Assembly: GCA_964016885.1 (NCBI GenBank)
Contig: OZ024746.1
Location: 70,432,001 to 70,496,000 of the forward strand
Direction of reading: 5' to 3'
DNA from: Eledone cirrhosa
Lineage: Eukaryota
Length of the DNA: 64,000 nucleotides
Part shown: one piece after another, positions 24,600 through 36,691 of the stretch
Numbering within the stretch: position 1 is the first letter of the stretch
Layout of the letters: the number at the start of each line of letters is the position of its first letter
Notes under the pieces: model-generated
What the model was told of the DNA's origin: nothing
What the model saw: only the letters and a program-made list of their open reading frames with translations
The model's database searches: none
Position numbers and translations under genes: made by a program

Positions 24600-26600
24600 T
24601 CATATTTTAAAGTCTTCGGTCAAGTGTGTTTGTTTGAGCGTATTTAATTGACTGTTACGAACAAAAGATTTCCCACTTATTTCACAGTGGAAAGATTTCT
24701 CACCAGTGTGTGTTAGTTTGTGTTTATTTAAGTCACTGCTACGAAGAAAAGACTTCCCACATATTTCACAGTGGAAAGATTTCTCACCATTGTGTGTTAG
24801 TTTGTGTCTATTGAATTGACTGTTCCGAACAAAAGATTTACCACATATTTCACAGTGGAAAGGTGTCTCACCAGTGTGTGTTAGTTTGTGTCTATTTAAG
24901 TCACTGTTACAAACAAAAGATTTTCCACATATTTCACAATAATATGGCTTCTCTCCAGTGTGTCTTCTCATGTGTACTATTAAATAACCATTATTCACAA
25001 AGGATTTCCCACATATTTCACAATAGTGAGGTTTTTCTCCAGTGTGTGTTTGTTTGTGTACTGCTAAATGACTGTTTTGAAGAAAAGATTTCCCACATAT
25101 TTCACAGCGGAAAGGTTTCTCTCCAGTGTGTATTCTTTTGTGTGTGTTTAAGTGACTGTTACGAAGAAAAGACTTCCCACATATTTCACAGTGGAAAGAT
25201 CTCTCTCCGGTGTGTGTTCTTGTGTGAATTGTTAACTCACTGTTAGAGGCAAAAGATTTTCCACATATTTCACAGTGGAAAGATTTCTCACCAGTGTGTG
25301 TTAGTTTGTGTCTTTTTAAGCTACTGTTTTGAAGAAAAGACGTGCCACATATTTCACAGTGGAAAGATTTCTCACCAGTGTGTGTTAGTTTGTGTCTATT
25401 TAAGCTACTGTTACAAACAAAAGATTTACCACATATTTCACAGTGGAAAGGTGTCTCACCAGTGTGTGTTCTTGTGTGAATTGTTAACTCACTGTTAGAG
25501 GCAAAAGATTTTCCACATATTTCACAATAATAAGGCTTCTCTCCAGTGTGTCTTCTCATGTGTACTATTAAATAACCATTAGTCACAAAGGATTTCCCAC
25601 ATATTTCACAATGGTAGGCTTTTTCTCCAGTGTGTCTTTGTTTGTGTACTGCTAAATGACTGTTACGAACAAAAGACTTCCCACATATTTCACAATGAAA
25701 AGGTCTCTCACCAGTGTGTGTTAGTTTGTGTATATTTAAGTCACTGTTTTGAAGAAAAGACTTCCCACATATTTCACAGTGGCAAGATTTCTCCCCGGTG
25801 TGTGTTCTTGTGTGAATTGTTAACTCACTGTTAGAGGCAAAAGATTTTCCACATATTTCACAATGATAAGGCTTTTCTCCTGTGTGTCTTCTCATGTGTA
25901 CTATTAAATGAGCATTAGTCAAAAAGGATTTCCCACATATTTTACAATGGTAGGGTTTCTCTCCAGTGTGTGTTTGTTTGTGTACTACTAAATGACTGTT
26001 ACGAAGAAAAGACTTCCCACATATTTCACAGTGGCAAGATTTTTCACCAGTGTGTGTTAGTTTGTGTATATTTAAGTGACTGTTATGAAGAAAAGACTTC
26101 CCACATATTTCACAGTGGAAAGATCTCACACCAGTGTGTGTTAGTTTGTGTCTATTTAAGTGACTGTTATAAAGAAAAGATTTACCACATATTTCACAAT
26201 GAAAAGGTCTCTCACCAGTGTGTGTTCTTTTGTGGACTGTTAAATGGCTGTTAGTCACAAAAGAATTACCACATGTTTCACAATGAAATGCTCTCTCTTC
26301 AGTGTGTCTACGAATGTGTTCAACAAGGTCAGATGTATAAGGGGAAGATTTCCCACGTACTTCACAGTACAACTGTTTTTCTATTGTGTGTGTGTCTTTG
26401 TGTGTGGATACTTCATCTTTTGTAGAGAAAGTTTTCCTACAAATCTCACAGCTGTATTCTGGAATATTCCTGTGTAAAGTTCCTTCTTCTGTACATATTT
26501 CACGCGATAAAGGTTTCTCATCACTGTATGTCTGTGTAACTGTATCTATATTGGTGGAAATTGGTGTGTTAGAAATGTTCAATTGTTTAACGTCCTCCAT
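24600..26600 (-). CDS. C2H2 zinc-finger protein, 666 aa (20 canonical plus 2 degenerate fingers, no effector domain recognised)
   Basis: Uninterrupted ORF of 28-aa CxxC-x12-HxxxH units with TGE(K/R)(P/S) linkers. An upstream exon cannot be excluded. Confidence 0.92.
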   Translation of the reverse strand: MEDVKQLNISNTPISTNIDTVTQTYSDEKPLSREICTEEGTLHRNIPEYSCEICRKTFSTKDEVSTHKDTHTIEKQLYCEVRGKSSPYTSDLVEHIRRHTEERAFHCETCGNSFVTNSHLTVHKRTHTGERPFHCEICGKSFLYNSHLNRHKLTHTGVRSFHCEICGKSFLHNSHLNIHKLTHTGEKSCHCEICGKSFLRNSHLVVHKQTHTGEKPYHCKICGKSFLTNAHLIVHMRRHTGEKPYHCEICGKSFASNSELTIHTRTHTGEKSCHCEICGKSFLQNSDLNIHKLTHTGERPFHCEICGKSFVRNSHLAVHKQRHTGEKAYHCEICGKSFVTNGYLIVHMRRHTGEKPYYCEICGKSFASNSELTIHTRTHTGETPFHCEICGKSFVCNSSLNRHKLTHTGEKSFHCEICGTSFLQNSSLKRHKLTHTGEKSFHCEICGKSFASNSELTIHTRTHTGERSFHCEICGKSFLRNSHLNTHKRIHTGEKPFRCEICGKSFLQNSHLAVHKQTHTGEKPHYCEICGKSFVNNGYLIVHMRRHTGEKPYYCEICGKSFVCNSDLNRHKLTHTGETPFHCEICGKSFVRNSQFNRHKLTHNGEKSFHCEICGKSFLRSSDLNKHKLTHTGEKSFHCEISGKSFVRNSQLNTLKQTHLTEDFKI

Positions 26601-27611
26601 AGTATTTCTTGAAGAATTCTTGAAAGTTGAGAAATATCTGTGATTATATTTTATTATTCGTCAATTTCTCGTAACAAAGTAATTCCTCTAGAAGTGCTAC
26701 ATATATATTATTGTAAACAAAAAGACTTCAAATTCAACGTTAGGAAATTTGGTTATGGTTAATGCATGCTATGTAGTCTAAAATATATATTGTCTATAAA
26801 TGACTGGTAGCCGATGTTCTGGTAAAATAGACGTTCTTCCACTAGATTGTAATGGAACTCTCAGTTGACACAACTGTAAAGTAAGAATAGATATGACAGT
26901 GTAAGACAGATGTCGGGAAAAGAAAATGTATTGTATGTATATATATTTGTGGTGAGATGGCGGCGGTATGATCATGTGTTTATTTCTCTATGTTGACCTA
27001 ATAAAATAAGTTTGTTTATCACAGAGTGTGGAAAAGTACACAATATCTGCTGTGTTGACAATAAAAATAATACGTACTTTATATTTCAAGTCCAAGTGTA
27101 AAGTCAAGAAAGCTAATTGTTGGTGATTTAAACTTGTTTCTTTCAGTCCTTTAAATAGTAGCAAAACCAATTGATGAAGTAGTGTAGTTTCTGATGAAAT
27201 GAAATATGTAATCATATAGATGCTGGAACACCGATCCTGAAACATGTAGATCACCATATATTTACCACAAAATAGTAACATCCAACTTAACATTGGATAA
27301 TTACTGGACAAATTATAATAATATCAATTAAAGTTATAATTAATATGCAAGGTAGCCGGTGACGTTGTTGATGCTTCACTATCCTGAAAGACATCGGTGT
27401 TATACGTTAAAAGTCCCTGACATAATGTAATACCTTCAGTTATGTTAGTATCCAACTCGTGGTAAAGGAAACAACAGCCAGTAAAATGATTGCGATGCAT
27501 CAACGAGGCAGTCTCTTACCTTGTTGCTTAACGTGCTACGAATAGCAGCCAAATCGCTCTCTTCACGTCTTGATCAACAGCAAGACATACATATACACAC
27601 ACACATATATG

Positions 27612-28278
27612 TATAAAAATTTCGTATTTCGAAAGAAATACAATTTTAGAAAGCCGTAGCTATGCGAATAACGGGGGGGGGGGGCTAAAGCCCTCTGGTG
27701 TTGTCCAGCAGAAGAAAGGGGTACAATCGTCTATGCATTTCAGGCTTGACTGGCCATCGTCAGGACGATCCCTCCCACTGTTCTATTATAAGTTGTGCCA
27801 ACATATGCAGCTTCATATGCAAATGAGATTAATCACCTCATGTTTTCAAGTGCAGCAGTCGCAGAGCAGTGGGAAGGATCGTCCTGACGATGGCCAGTCA
27901 AGCTTGAAATGCATATAGACGGTTGTCCCCCCTGCTTCTGCTGGACAACACCAGAGGGCGGTAGCTCCCCGGTGTCCGCATAGCTCCGGCTTCCTAAAAT
28001 TGTATTTCTTTCGAAATACGAAATTTCTCTATATATTGTATAAAGCAATGCTTGAAGTGGAATCCTATTTCTTTTCTATTATAAGTTGAGTCACCTTATG
28101 CAGCGTCATACGCAAATGAGATTAAACACCTCATTTCCACGGACGAGAAAACTATATGTTCTCGGCTGTTTTCAAGTCCAGCAGTCGCAGAGCAGTGGGA
28201 AGGATAGTCCTGACGATGGCCAGTCAAACCTGAAATGCATAGACGGTTGTCCCCCTTGCTTCTGATGGACAAAACCAT
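27612..28278. mobile_element. Retrozyme-like repeat, family 1a
   Basis: Same layout as 20880-21550. Plus-strand cores at 27884 and 28210 (period 326). Confidence 0.75.
27726..27769 (-). ncRNA. Type I minimal hammerhead ribozyme motif
   Basis: atcgtc CTGACGA tggccagtcaagcct GAAA tgca TA gacgat. Confidence 0.85.
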
Positions 28279-29391
28279 ACCAACGTAGTCTTCTCTCAAG
28301 TAAACAGTATCTGATCCCTCTTATTCCTAATTTCTCACTTAGTTCATTTATGTTTTGCCGTTTCCGTATATTAGTATTACACATCCAACGGAGCATGCAT
28401 GCTTCGTTCCTCTCCAGTCTGCGCAGCTCCTCTGCACACAATGCCCATGTCTCAATGCCATGTAACATTGCTGTTCATATACAAGCATCATACAGTCTGC
28501 CTTTCATTTTTAGAGAGAAACCTTTAGTGGCCAATAGTCGTATAAGCTCTCTGAACTTTTCCCATCCCGTTCTAACTCTGGCTACTGTACTTTCAGAGCA
28601 CCCTCCACCACTGCTGATAGTGTCCACTATTTCTATAGAACAATCTGGGCAATAGAAAGAGCTAATATCCTGTGGGTACTTGCTACTTATTGCACCTGAG
28701 CAGCGGCCACATATAAAATTTACGTTCTTGGATAGCTTACCTGTGGTCCCACTACATCTTTTATGTACCCATAGTTTGCATTTGGGACATAAAATGGAAT
28801 TTCTGCCTACTCCTTTCCTACACACTGAGCATGGCCATTTCCCAGAGGGCACCTTTTCCCCTATTTTCCTTTCTAGATACTAGAACTTTAGTCTTAGACA
28901 AGTTAACTTTAAGGCCTTTTAATCTAGGCCATGCTTCCATGCTTGGAATTTCTTCTCTAGTTCAGCCATCGATTCAGCTATGAGAGTTAGATCATCTGTG
29001 TATAGAAGTTCCCATGGGCAGCCGGACTTGAACTCCTCTGTTATAGCCTGGAGGGAAATAATAAATACCTGACACAAACCCAAACTGCATTTCATCTCGA
29101 TCAATTCGCTTTCTGATTAGTTGTGCTTTAACTCTTTCTGTAACCTTCTTGACCTAGTCAACTAACTTAATGCCTCTACAGTTTCCTCTATCTAGGGCAT
29201 CTCCTTTACCCTTGTAGCAGTTAATGATGATGCTGCTATACCAGTCATTTGGTATGACCCCATTCTGTATTACTTGGTTTACTATCCGGGTGACTATAGT
29301 ATGTCCCACCATTCCAGATGTTTTCAACATCTCAGTAACTATCTCCGAATGTCCAGCTGCCTTGCCAGTCTTCATATCTTTGATTGCTTTA
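28275..29391 (-). mobile_element. RTE-clade LINE fragment, subfamily A
   Basis: Paralog of 21548-22676. ORF pieces 29154-29444, 28919-29104, 28475-28852 and 28172-28468. Confidence 0.85.
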
Positions 29392-29989
29392 CTAGCTGGC
29401 CCGTTCTGCTGCCCCCACCGTTCCACTGCAAAGATCCCACGCACCCTCCCGTGTCACATTGTCCTTCCGACTCTCTCTCTCGCTCTGAATAACTAACACT
29501 TTAATTGTATCTCTCTCTGTCTAACGCCCTATCTCACTCTTTTCTCCTCCCTCTGTTTTTCTGTCTCTCTCTGTAGATGTATGTGTGTAGTTTTCCTAAT
29601 CTTTCTATACATCTCTCTCTTTCTCTGTCTGTCTCTCTATGTGTATATATTAAAGGGAGATACGGAAACTAAAACAGTGTGGTCATATAGAGAGTGAATA
29701 GCAACAGAGAGAGTAACGCAGTTTAATTAGAGAGAGGCGTAATGATCTTACATGCATACGTACATACATACATACATACATACATACATACATACGTATA
29801 AAGTATAGATATGTGTGTGTGTGTGTGTGTGTGTTTGTGTATGTGTGTATGTGCATGTGTGTGTCTGTGTGTTTTGTTTTGATGTTATCCGGCAATTGGC
29901 AAAATCAGGTGTGAAAGTATGGGTATTTGTGTGTGTGTGTGTATGTGTGTGTTACTTATGCGAGCAACGACAGAAAAAGTGTGGGATAC

Positions 29990-30178
29990 ATCGGTGGATT
30001 GGCAGTATCGGTAGAGGATCGGACGCCATGCTTTCCAGCATAGTTACGTCCCTTTACGATCTGAGTTCAAATCCCGCCGAGGTTGACTTTGCCTTTCATC
30101 CTTACGGGGTCGATAAAATAAAGTACCAGTAATGCACTGGGTAATTACTGGCCTTGTGCCTAAAGTAGAAACAATTAT
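29990..30178 (+). mobile_element. tRNA-derived SINE, unit-specific
   Basis: cggtggattggcagtatcggtag...gagttcaaatcccgcc...ggccttgtgcc. Absent at the paralogous sites ~23295 and ~53780. Confidence 0.85.
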
Positions 30179-30539
30179 TATATTTGTCTCTATTTTCGTT
30201 CTGCAACCATTATATTATGATATTTGTATCCAAATGATTTTAGATGTATGTATTACCTACTTGCTCGTCCCTCTGTCTCTCTTTCCCTGTCTCTCTCTCA
30301 CTCTCTCGCTTTAGTTGTGTGTGTGTGTGTGTGTGTGTAGATTTCCTAATCTGTCTCTTTCACTCTCTGTCTCACTAAGAGTAAGAGGGTTGCCTTTTGG
30401 TGTATGTATTACCTGCTTGTTTGTTGACTGAATTTGAAGGAGGTTATCCTTTTGAAATAAACATACATACGACGCTCATCTCTATGTTGATATATGATAT
30501 AAATAATGGGATTGATGAGTTAATATCTGTATACAACAA

Positions 30540-30825
30540 TTACAACGGTACGCGATGGGGCCCACCCACAGCCCTGGCGGACAGAATGGAGAAGGCGTTT
30601 CCCCGGAAGACAGCAAGGGAAACGCGCTGGAAAAGCCACTCCAACTCGCGGGGCTCACACCTGCGGCTGGCCAGCTCAGTGCCTATGGTGGTGAGTAAGA
30701 AGGTAGCCGTAGGGCCAAGAACACCAGAAGTCTCCACTGCCAGGGGTACGACCGCAAACCTGTCGGAGAGCGACCCGTATTTGAGGAGTTTGGCCCCCTC
30801 AGCCCGACGTGCAGCAGAACCTGGG
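30540..30825 (-). pseudogene. C-terminal restriction-like endonuclease fragment of a CRE-like non-LTR retrotransposon (paralogs ~23630-23915 and 54131-54415)
   Basis: KYGSLSDRFAVVPLAVETSGVLGP...LFQRVSLAVFRGNAFSIL resembles the KY..P.AVET.G..QR.S.A..RGN tail of CRE-type elements. Confidence 0.7.
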
Positions 30826-31306
30826 TATATATTGATATATTGAAGGTAGATACAAAAGTAAAAGAGTGTTGTCATATAGAGAGTGAAGAGAGACAGAGAG
30901 TAAAGCAGTTAAATTATAGAGAGGATGAAAGAGGGAGAGAGAGAGACACGACGCTCAGCTTTATAATATTAGAGAGTGAAGAGCGACAGAGAGAGTAAAG
31001 CAGTTAAATTATAGAGAGGGGGAAGGATCTATTATAGAGAGAGGGAAGAGCGACGGAGAGGGTAAAGCGAAGAAACTATAGGGAGGTGTGTAGGATACAT
31101 ACATACATAATACACACGACACTCAGCTTTATAATATTATATATATATATATATTAACCCATGCTAGTGTGGAAGATGGACGTTAAAAGATGATGATGAT
31201 GATTATGATTACAAATAGTAATAATAATAAATTTGAAGACTAAAATCCAAAGAGGGTTCGATAAGGATAAATATATATATATCAAATATATAAGAGCCCT
31301 AGAGCA

Positions 31307-31597
31307 AATATTTATTAAAATAACAGATTAAAGTTTAAGCCAAGAAGCGCTGCTTTCACCCTTAACGGGATCTTCTGAAACTAAAAAGATCAATCTGTGA
31401 ACACAGAAGTAAATATTTCGAAAAACGTTGCAACCGAAGGAAAAGATGAAGACGTTCCCTGGCAATGAACGGAAAAAAGCGTTTATCGAAATATTTACTT
31501 CTGCGTTCACAGATTGATATTTTTAGTTTCAGAAGATCCCGTTAAGGGTGAAAGCAGTAATTCGTTGCTTAAACTTTAATGTTATTTTAATAAATAT
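31307..31597. repeat. Palindromic element with ~115-bp arms, each carrying a hammerhead-fold motif
   Basis: atatttattaaaataacagattaaagtttaagc...aatatttcga mirrors tcgaaatattt...gcttaaactttaatgttattttaataaatat. Confidence 0.85.
31525..31575 (+). ncRNA. Type I hammerhead-fold motif with variant core CAGAAGA
   Basis: agttt CAGAAGA t ccc gttaa ggg t GAAA gcag taattcg ttgc TT aaact: all three helices can form. Confidence 0.7.
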
Positions 31598-32057
31598 ATT
31601 ACATGTATATATATTATATACAGAGATTTATATATATAAGTTTATCCCGGGTTCAACCGGGGGTAACCACAGTAAGTAAGGTACTCAATACAAAGCAGAG
31701 TATAAATATTTAATATAAAAAAGGCTTCTGCAAGTCTAGAACTGTTTCTTTCAGGAGAAATCATCAGGATGCTAACTTTCCAAGTAATATGGTGGTATTT
31801 ATATTTTTCTTGTGGTAGGAGAGGATGGGTAGAGGTCATTGGTTGATGGGCTTAAAGAAAATGGCATTCTTTAAAAACTATATTTAGAGTAACAAAGGCA
31901 GAAAGAATTCAAACTGGGGGTGCCACTCCTGATTTTTAAGGTTCACTTAAGCTAACAATGGCTATGGTCAGTTGTCTACAAACACACATATAAGCCCTCA
32001 CTCCCTCACACTCACACAAACACACTCTCTTATACTTATATATAAATATATACATAC

Positions 32058-32107
<50 letters not shown>

Positions 32108-32110
<3 letters not shown>

Positions 32111-33260
32111 AGAGAGTATTGAAGTTTGCTTGAAGCATTGTGGAATAATAAGGTAAATTTCTTTAAGTCGTTTGGAAGCCTCAACAATGCAGATGGGTAA
32201 ATCTCTGGGTAACAAGATCCGGTGGTGGAGAGAGAGATGTAAGTGAATGTAGGTTGAGATGTGTAGTGTGTAGAAGAATGTAGGAAAGAGCGTAAAGGAT
32301 AAAAATAATAACACGAGATAGAGTTTCCTTGGGAGGGATTTAATTGTCCCTGTATATTTCGGATTCACATCCATCAACTGGGGGGGGGGGGGGGTCCCGG
32401 GAGTGAAAAGGTTGTCTATCTGAAAAATGCAAAACGTGTCCTCCGCTGTTCATTGTTTTGAATAACTGAGGTACTCAGCAGAGCGCGAATGCACGTGGAA
32501 TGGGGTCAGTCAAGCAGAGGTCGGCGGCCGAAATAAATAACCAATCCGAGAGAAGCGAAATGAGGTGGTAGGTTGAAGTAAACAAACGATGCAGCAACAC
32601 ACACACACACAAGCGAAACAGCAACACACACACACACACAGTAGCATTCCCCCATACGAACATACTACACTGCTAATACAGATGAACGAGGCAACAACAC
32701 AGGCGCATGTACACTCAAGTGAGACAACAACAACACAGTAACGTTCACCAAACAGGCAGAGAATACTATCACAACCACACACTATTCAACAGGGCAGATA
32801 ATACAATGGACTGACAGCTAACGCCACCCCACTCCCACAATTGAATGAACTATTTCGGCCCCCAACCTCTGCTTGACCGACCACATTTCACGCGCACGCG
32901 CGCTCTGCTGAATACCTCAGATATTCAAAACAACAAACAGCGGAGGACACGTTTCACACCTTTCCAACAGACCTTTGCACCCCCCCCCCCCCAGTTGATG
33001 GATGTGAATCCGATATATACAGGGACAATTAAATCTCTCCCAAGGTAACTCTATCTCGTGTTATTATTCTTATCCTTTACGCTCTTTCCTACATTCTTCT
33101 ACACACTACACATCTCAACCTACATTCACTTACATCTCTCTCTCCACCACCGGATCTTGTTACCCAGAGATTTACCCATCTGCATTGTTGAGGCTTCCAA
33201 AACGACCTAAAGAAATATACCTTATTATTCCACAATGCTTCAAACAAACTTCAATACTCT

Positions 33261-33262
<2 letters not shown>
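32108..33262. repeat. Inverted pair of Penelope pseudo-LTR-like repeats (family 2) between (TA)n tracts
   Basis: 32108-32540 is the reverse complement of ~32850-33262, with a CA-rich spacer between. Confidence 0.75.
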
Positions 33263-33306
<44 letters not shown>

Positions 33307-33317
33307 TGTGTGTGTGT

Positions 33318-34922
33318 ATGACAACACTACTTACAGCCACTTGGCACATAACGCTATTACCCCTAAATATAAGAAGGCTAACCCTATGGCCTACCACGAC
33401 ATCAATACTGAAGCCAAAGACCTTGCTGCTGCCCTTAAGGTAGATAAGATGCTTCAATGTTTAGCTAAGCGTGAAGCGTTTCTCACCCTGAAGGATGACA
33501 AGGTAGACTTTGCTTCCAATCCCACATGTAGACTACTACACCCGGCACGCACAGAAATGGGACTAGTCAGTAAGGCTATACTTAGAAACATAGTTAAGAC
33601 CATTAGGACCAAGTCCAACCTGTCCCAGTGGGAAAACAGCCACTCAGTCATTAAGTGGTTTAACTCCTTCAACTCCAAAAAAGCGAAGTTCATGCAATTC
33701 GACATTGTAGATTTATACCTGTCGATCTCAGAGACCCTATTAAAAAAAAGCATTGAACTTTGCTGAAACTTACACTACCGTCCATCTTTTAGACAGGGAG
33801 ATCATCGCACATTGCCGGAAAACCCTCCTCTTCAACAACGGAGTAGCCTGGGCAAAGAAGTCAACCACTTCACAACTTTTCAACGTCTCCATTGGATCGT
33901 TTGACAGTGCTGACATATGCGACTTGGTTGGCCTATTCATTTCAGACATATTACGTGTTAGATTCTCGGACTTCCACACGGGAATGTACCAAAACGATGG
34001 CCTGACCTTATTGAGCCATTAAAGTGGTCACGACCTGGACCAGTTTAAAAAAGACTTAACTTCTACCTTTAATGAGTTAGGTCTTAGGATAACAGAAGCT
34101 ACCAACCTCTCTAGCATAGATTTCTTAGACATTTATTTAGATCTTCGCGCACATACCTTCAGACCCTTCCATAAGTTAAACGAAAAACTTCATTACATAC
34201 ACAAGGACTCATGCCACCCCCTACTGTTTTTAAAAACTTCGTAAATAATATCAGTACTAGAATCTCTAACCTCTCCTCTAATAAAGCTATCTTTGACAGA
34301 GTGGCACCCTACTATAACACGGTGTTAACTAACAGCAGCTTTGCGCAACCAATTATTTACTCCCCCACTAACAACAACAGCAATAAGAAAAGAAATCGTA
34401 ACAATAGACAAACTATCTGGTTCTCTCCTCCCTTCTCACTCAATGTTAAAACTAATGTAGGAAAAAAATGTTTAGCCCTCTTAGATAAACACTTTCCCAT
34501 AGGACACAAATACCGCTGAAGGCCCACATCACCAACAGTCCTAAGAGCGACACACCACCATGATGTTCTTGCCGAAAGCCTGAAGCTTGTCCCATTCAAC
34601 AGCAATGCAACACACCTGCTGTAGTTTATGAAGCTGTGGTCACTTCCAACTGACCAAATCCTATGTGGGTATGGTGGAGGGCCGATTTAAGGAACGCTTC
34701 CTGAACCATCAGTCGACCATTAGGTACCCGGACAAACGATCAGCCACGAAACTCGCGAGCCCCGTACTGTCCCTCAAGAACTCAGGTATAGACTACTCCA
34801 TTCAATGGAAAGCCATCACTCAGTCCAAGCCATACGCTAAGGGCAATCTGTCGTGTGGACTGTGTATTGAAGAAAGGATAAATATTCTAAGGAGATTACA
34901 CAATAGCGTAATTAGAGAATAA
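33318..34922 (+). mobile_element. Penelope-like element (RT plus GIY-YIG), decayed
   Basis: NPTCRLL, FDIVDLYLSIS, GSFDSADICDLVGLF, GMYQNDGL (degenerate YRDDG), IWFSPPFS, RFKERFLNH, CGLCIEE. Confidence 0.88.
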
Positions 34923-34944
34923 ATTCTGGCTATGGAAACATCAG

Positions 34945-35878
34945 TTGGAATCAAGAGGACTGAGAGTGAATATAGCTAAGACAAAAGTGTTGATAAGTAG
35001 AAGAGAGGACAATACTCTGATTCCATCAGCGAAATGGCCATGTTCGATATCTAGAAAAGGAACTGGCATAGATTCCATAAAATGTACGCATTGCAGATCT
35101 TGGGTATGCAAGAGATGTAGTGGGATAAGAGGCAAACTAATAGGTAGGGAAAACTACATATGCAGTAGATGTACAGGGAAAATTGGCAGTAGTAATCGCA
35201 GTGATAGACACATTTTTCCAATGCAGCTGGTTCTATAGAAGTGGTTGACAGCTTCCGGTACCTAGGTGATCGGATTAGCATGGGAGGGGGGGGGGGGGGG
35301 GTTCCAAGGCCATAGTATCTAGAATAAGGATGGGTTGGAACAAGTTTAGAGAGCTGCTTCCTCTGTTGACAAAGAAGGGTTTCTCCCTGCATACGAAAGC
35401 ACGGTTATATGATGCCTGTGTGAGATGCGCAATGCTGCATGGTAGTGAGACATGGGCAGCAACTGCAAAGGATATGCAACGGCTGGAGAGAAATGAAGCA
35501 AGCATGCTCCGTTGGATATGCAATGTCAATGTGCGTGAACCACCAAGCATAGATGAGTTGAGAAAGAAACTGGGTATAAGAGGGATAAGTTGTGGTGTGC
35601 AGGAGAGAAGACAGAGATGGTATGGACATGTAATGCACATGGAGGATGACCGCTGGGTAAAGAAGTGCAAAGAAATCCCAGTAGAAAGAAGACGCAGTAG
35701 AGGAAGACCACGAAAAACATGGGCAGAGGTGGTGAGAGCAGACCTCAGATAGCTGAAGCTCATGGAGGAGATGACGAAGTACTGTGACAAGTGGAGAGAT
35801 GCTGTACTGAATAGGACCCGTACAACGCTTGGAAGCAGGGAAAAGTGGACGTAAAATGATGTAGATGAAAATGATGAT
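34945..35878 (+). mobile_element. RTE-clade LINE 3' fragment, subfamily B
   Basis: GLRVNIAKTK, PHD-like Cys array, AMLHGSETW, RGRPRKTW, tail gggaaaagtggacgtaaaatgatg. Confidence 0.88.
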
Positions 35879-35881
35879 ATG

Positions 35882-36350
35882 CATCATCATCACCGTTTTA
35901 CGTCCGTTCTTCCACGCTAGCATGGGTTAGATGGGTTGTCCTGTTGTGGGCAGTGTCTGATCGGCTGACCATGCCTTGTTTATACAGGAACTGATTTGGC
36001 TTGATTTCTACAGCTGGATGCCCTTCCTAACACCAACCTCATTTACAGTGAGCGCTGGGTGCTTTTTTCCGTGGCGCCTACACATCCACTTTACAGTGTG
36101 GGCTGGGTGCATTTTTGCCGTGGCACCTCCACAACCACCTTGCAGTGCGAGGGTGTGGGGGCATATTGTCTATATGCTTCAGCTAGTACCTATGGGAGGT
36201 CGGGTACTCTGCATTACTGCGTGACGCCAGAGGTCACGGTCGTGTGTCATCGCCTTTGAGAGGTGTAATTGGGTAAGGTCCGCTTTTATCACCTAATCCC
36301 AGGTCTTCTTGGGTCTCCCCACTCTGCGGTTTCCATTCTCCCCACTCCGA
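35882..36350 (-). mobile_element. RTE-clade LINE 3' end, subfamily C
   Basis: (CAT)n-cgttttacgtccg tail. Homologous to 45845-46310. Confidence 0.8.
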
Positions 36351-36658
36351 TATATATATATATATAAATATAAATGGAAAAGAATGAAGTGAAATGAAAT
36401 TTCCCACTCTTAGTACGGCTGATACTTAAATGTAAGTATGTATACATACATACATATATGTATACAGACATACAGTAGTATGTATATATATACATACATG
36501 CACACATATATATATGTACGTATGGGTTTACCAAACATTTATTATAATGTTCAGTTTGTTTGTAAACAAACAGCCCGAATTAAGCCGTACAGTATTCGGC
36601 CACCATCATTGCCCTTTTGTTCAACACTGACAATATATATATGTATATGTCTATATAT

Positions 36659-36691
<33 letters not shown>

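Larger units (their letters stand above)
29392..31140 (-). mobile_element. Helitron-like non-autonomous element
   Basis: CTAG|T at 29392-29395. AATATTATAAAGCTGAG 5'-type motifs near 30955-30970 and 31122-31140. Confidence 0.5.

Noticed and set aside
24600-26300. 84-bp periodic repeats that look like a CRISPR array
   Set aside because: They are 28-codon C2H2 fingers in an open frame, with no unique spacers or cas genes, in a eukaryotic context.
26988-27311. 107-aa ORF repeated at 51057-51380 and, altered, at 40199-40639
   Set aside because: Conservation is explained by the recent duplication. It has no recognisable domain and different ends in the second unit. It may be UTR or intron.
31642-31839. 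Possible GIY-YIG C-terminal remnant (RLAEAFFI)
   Set aside because: Too short and degenerate to call without a profile search.
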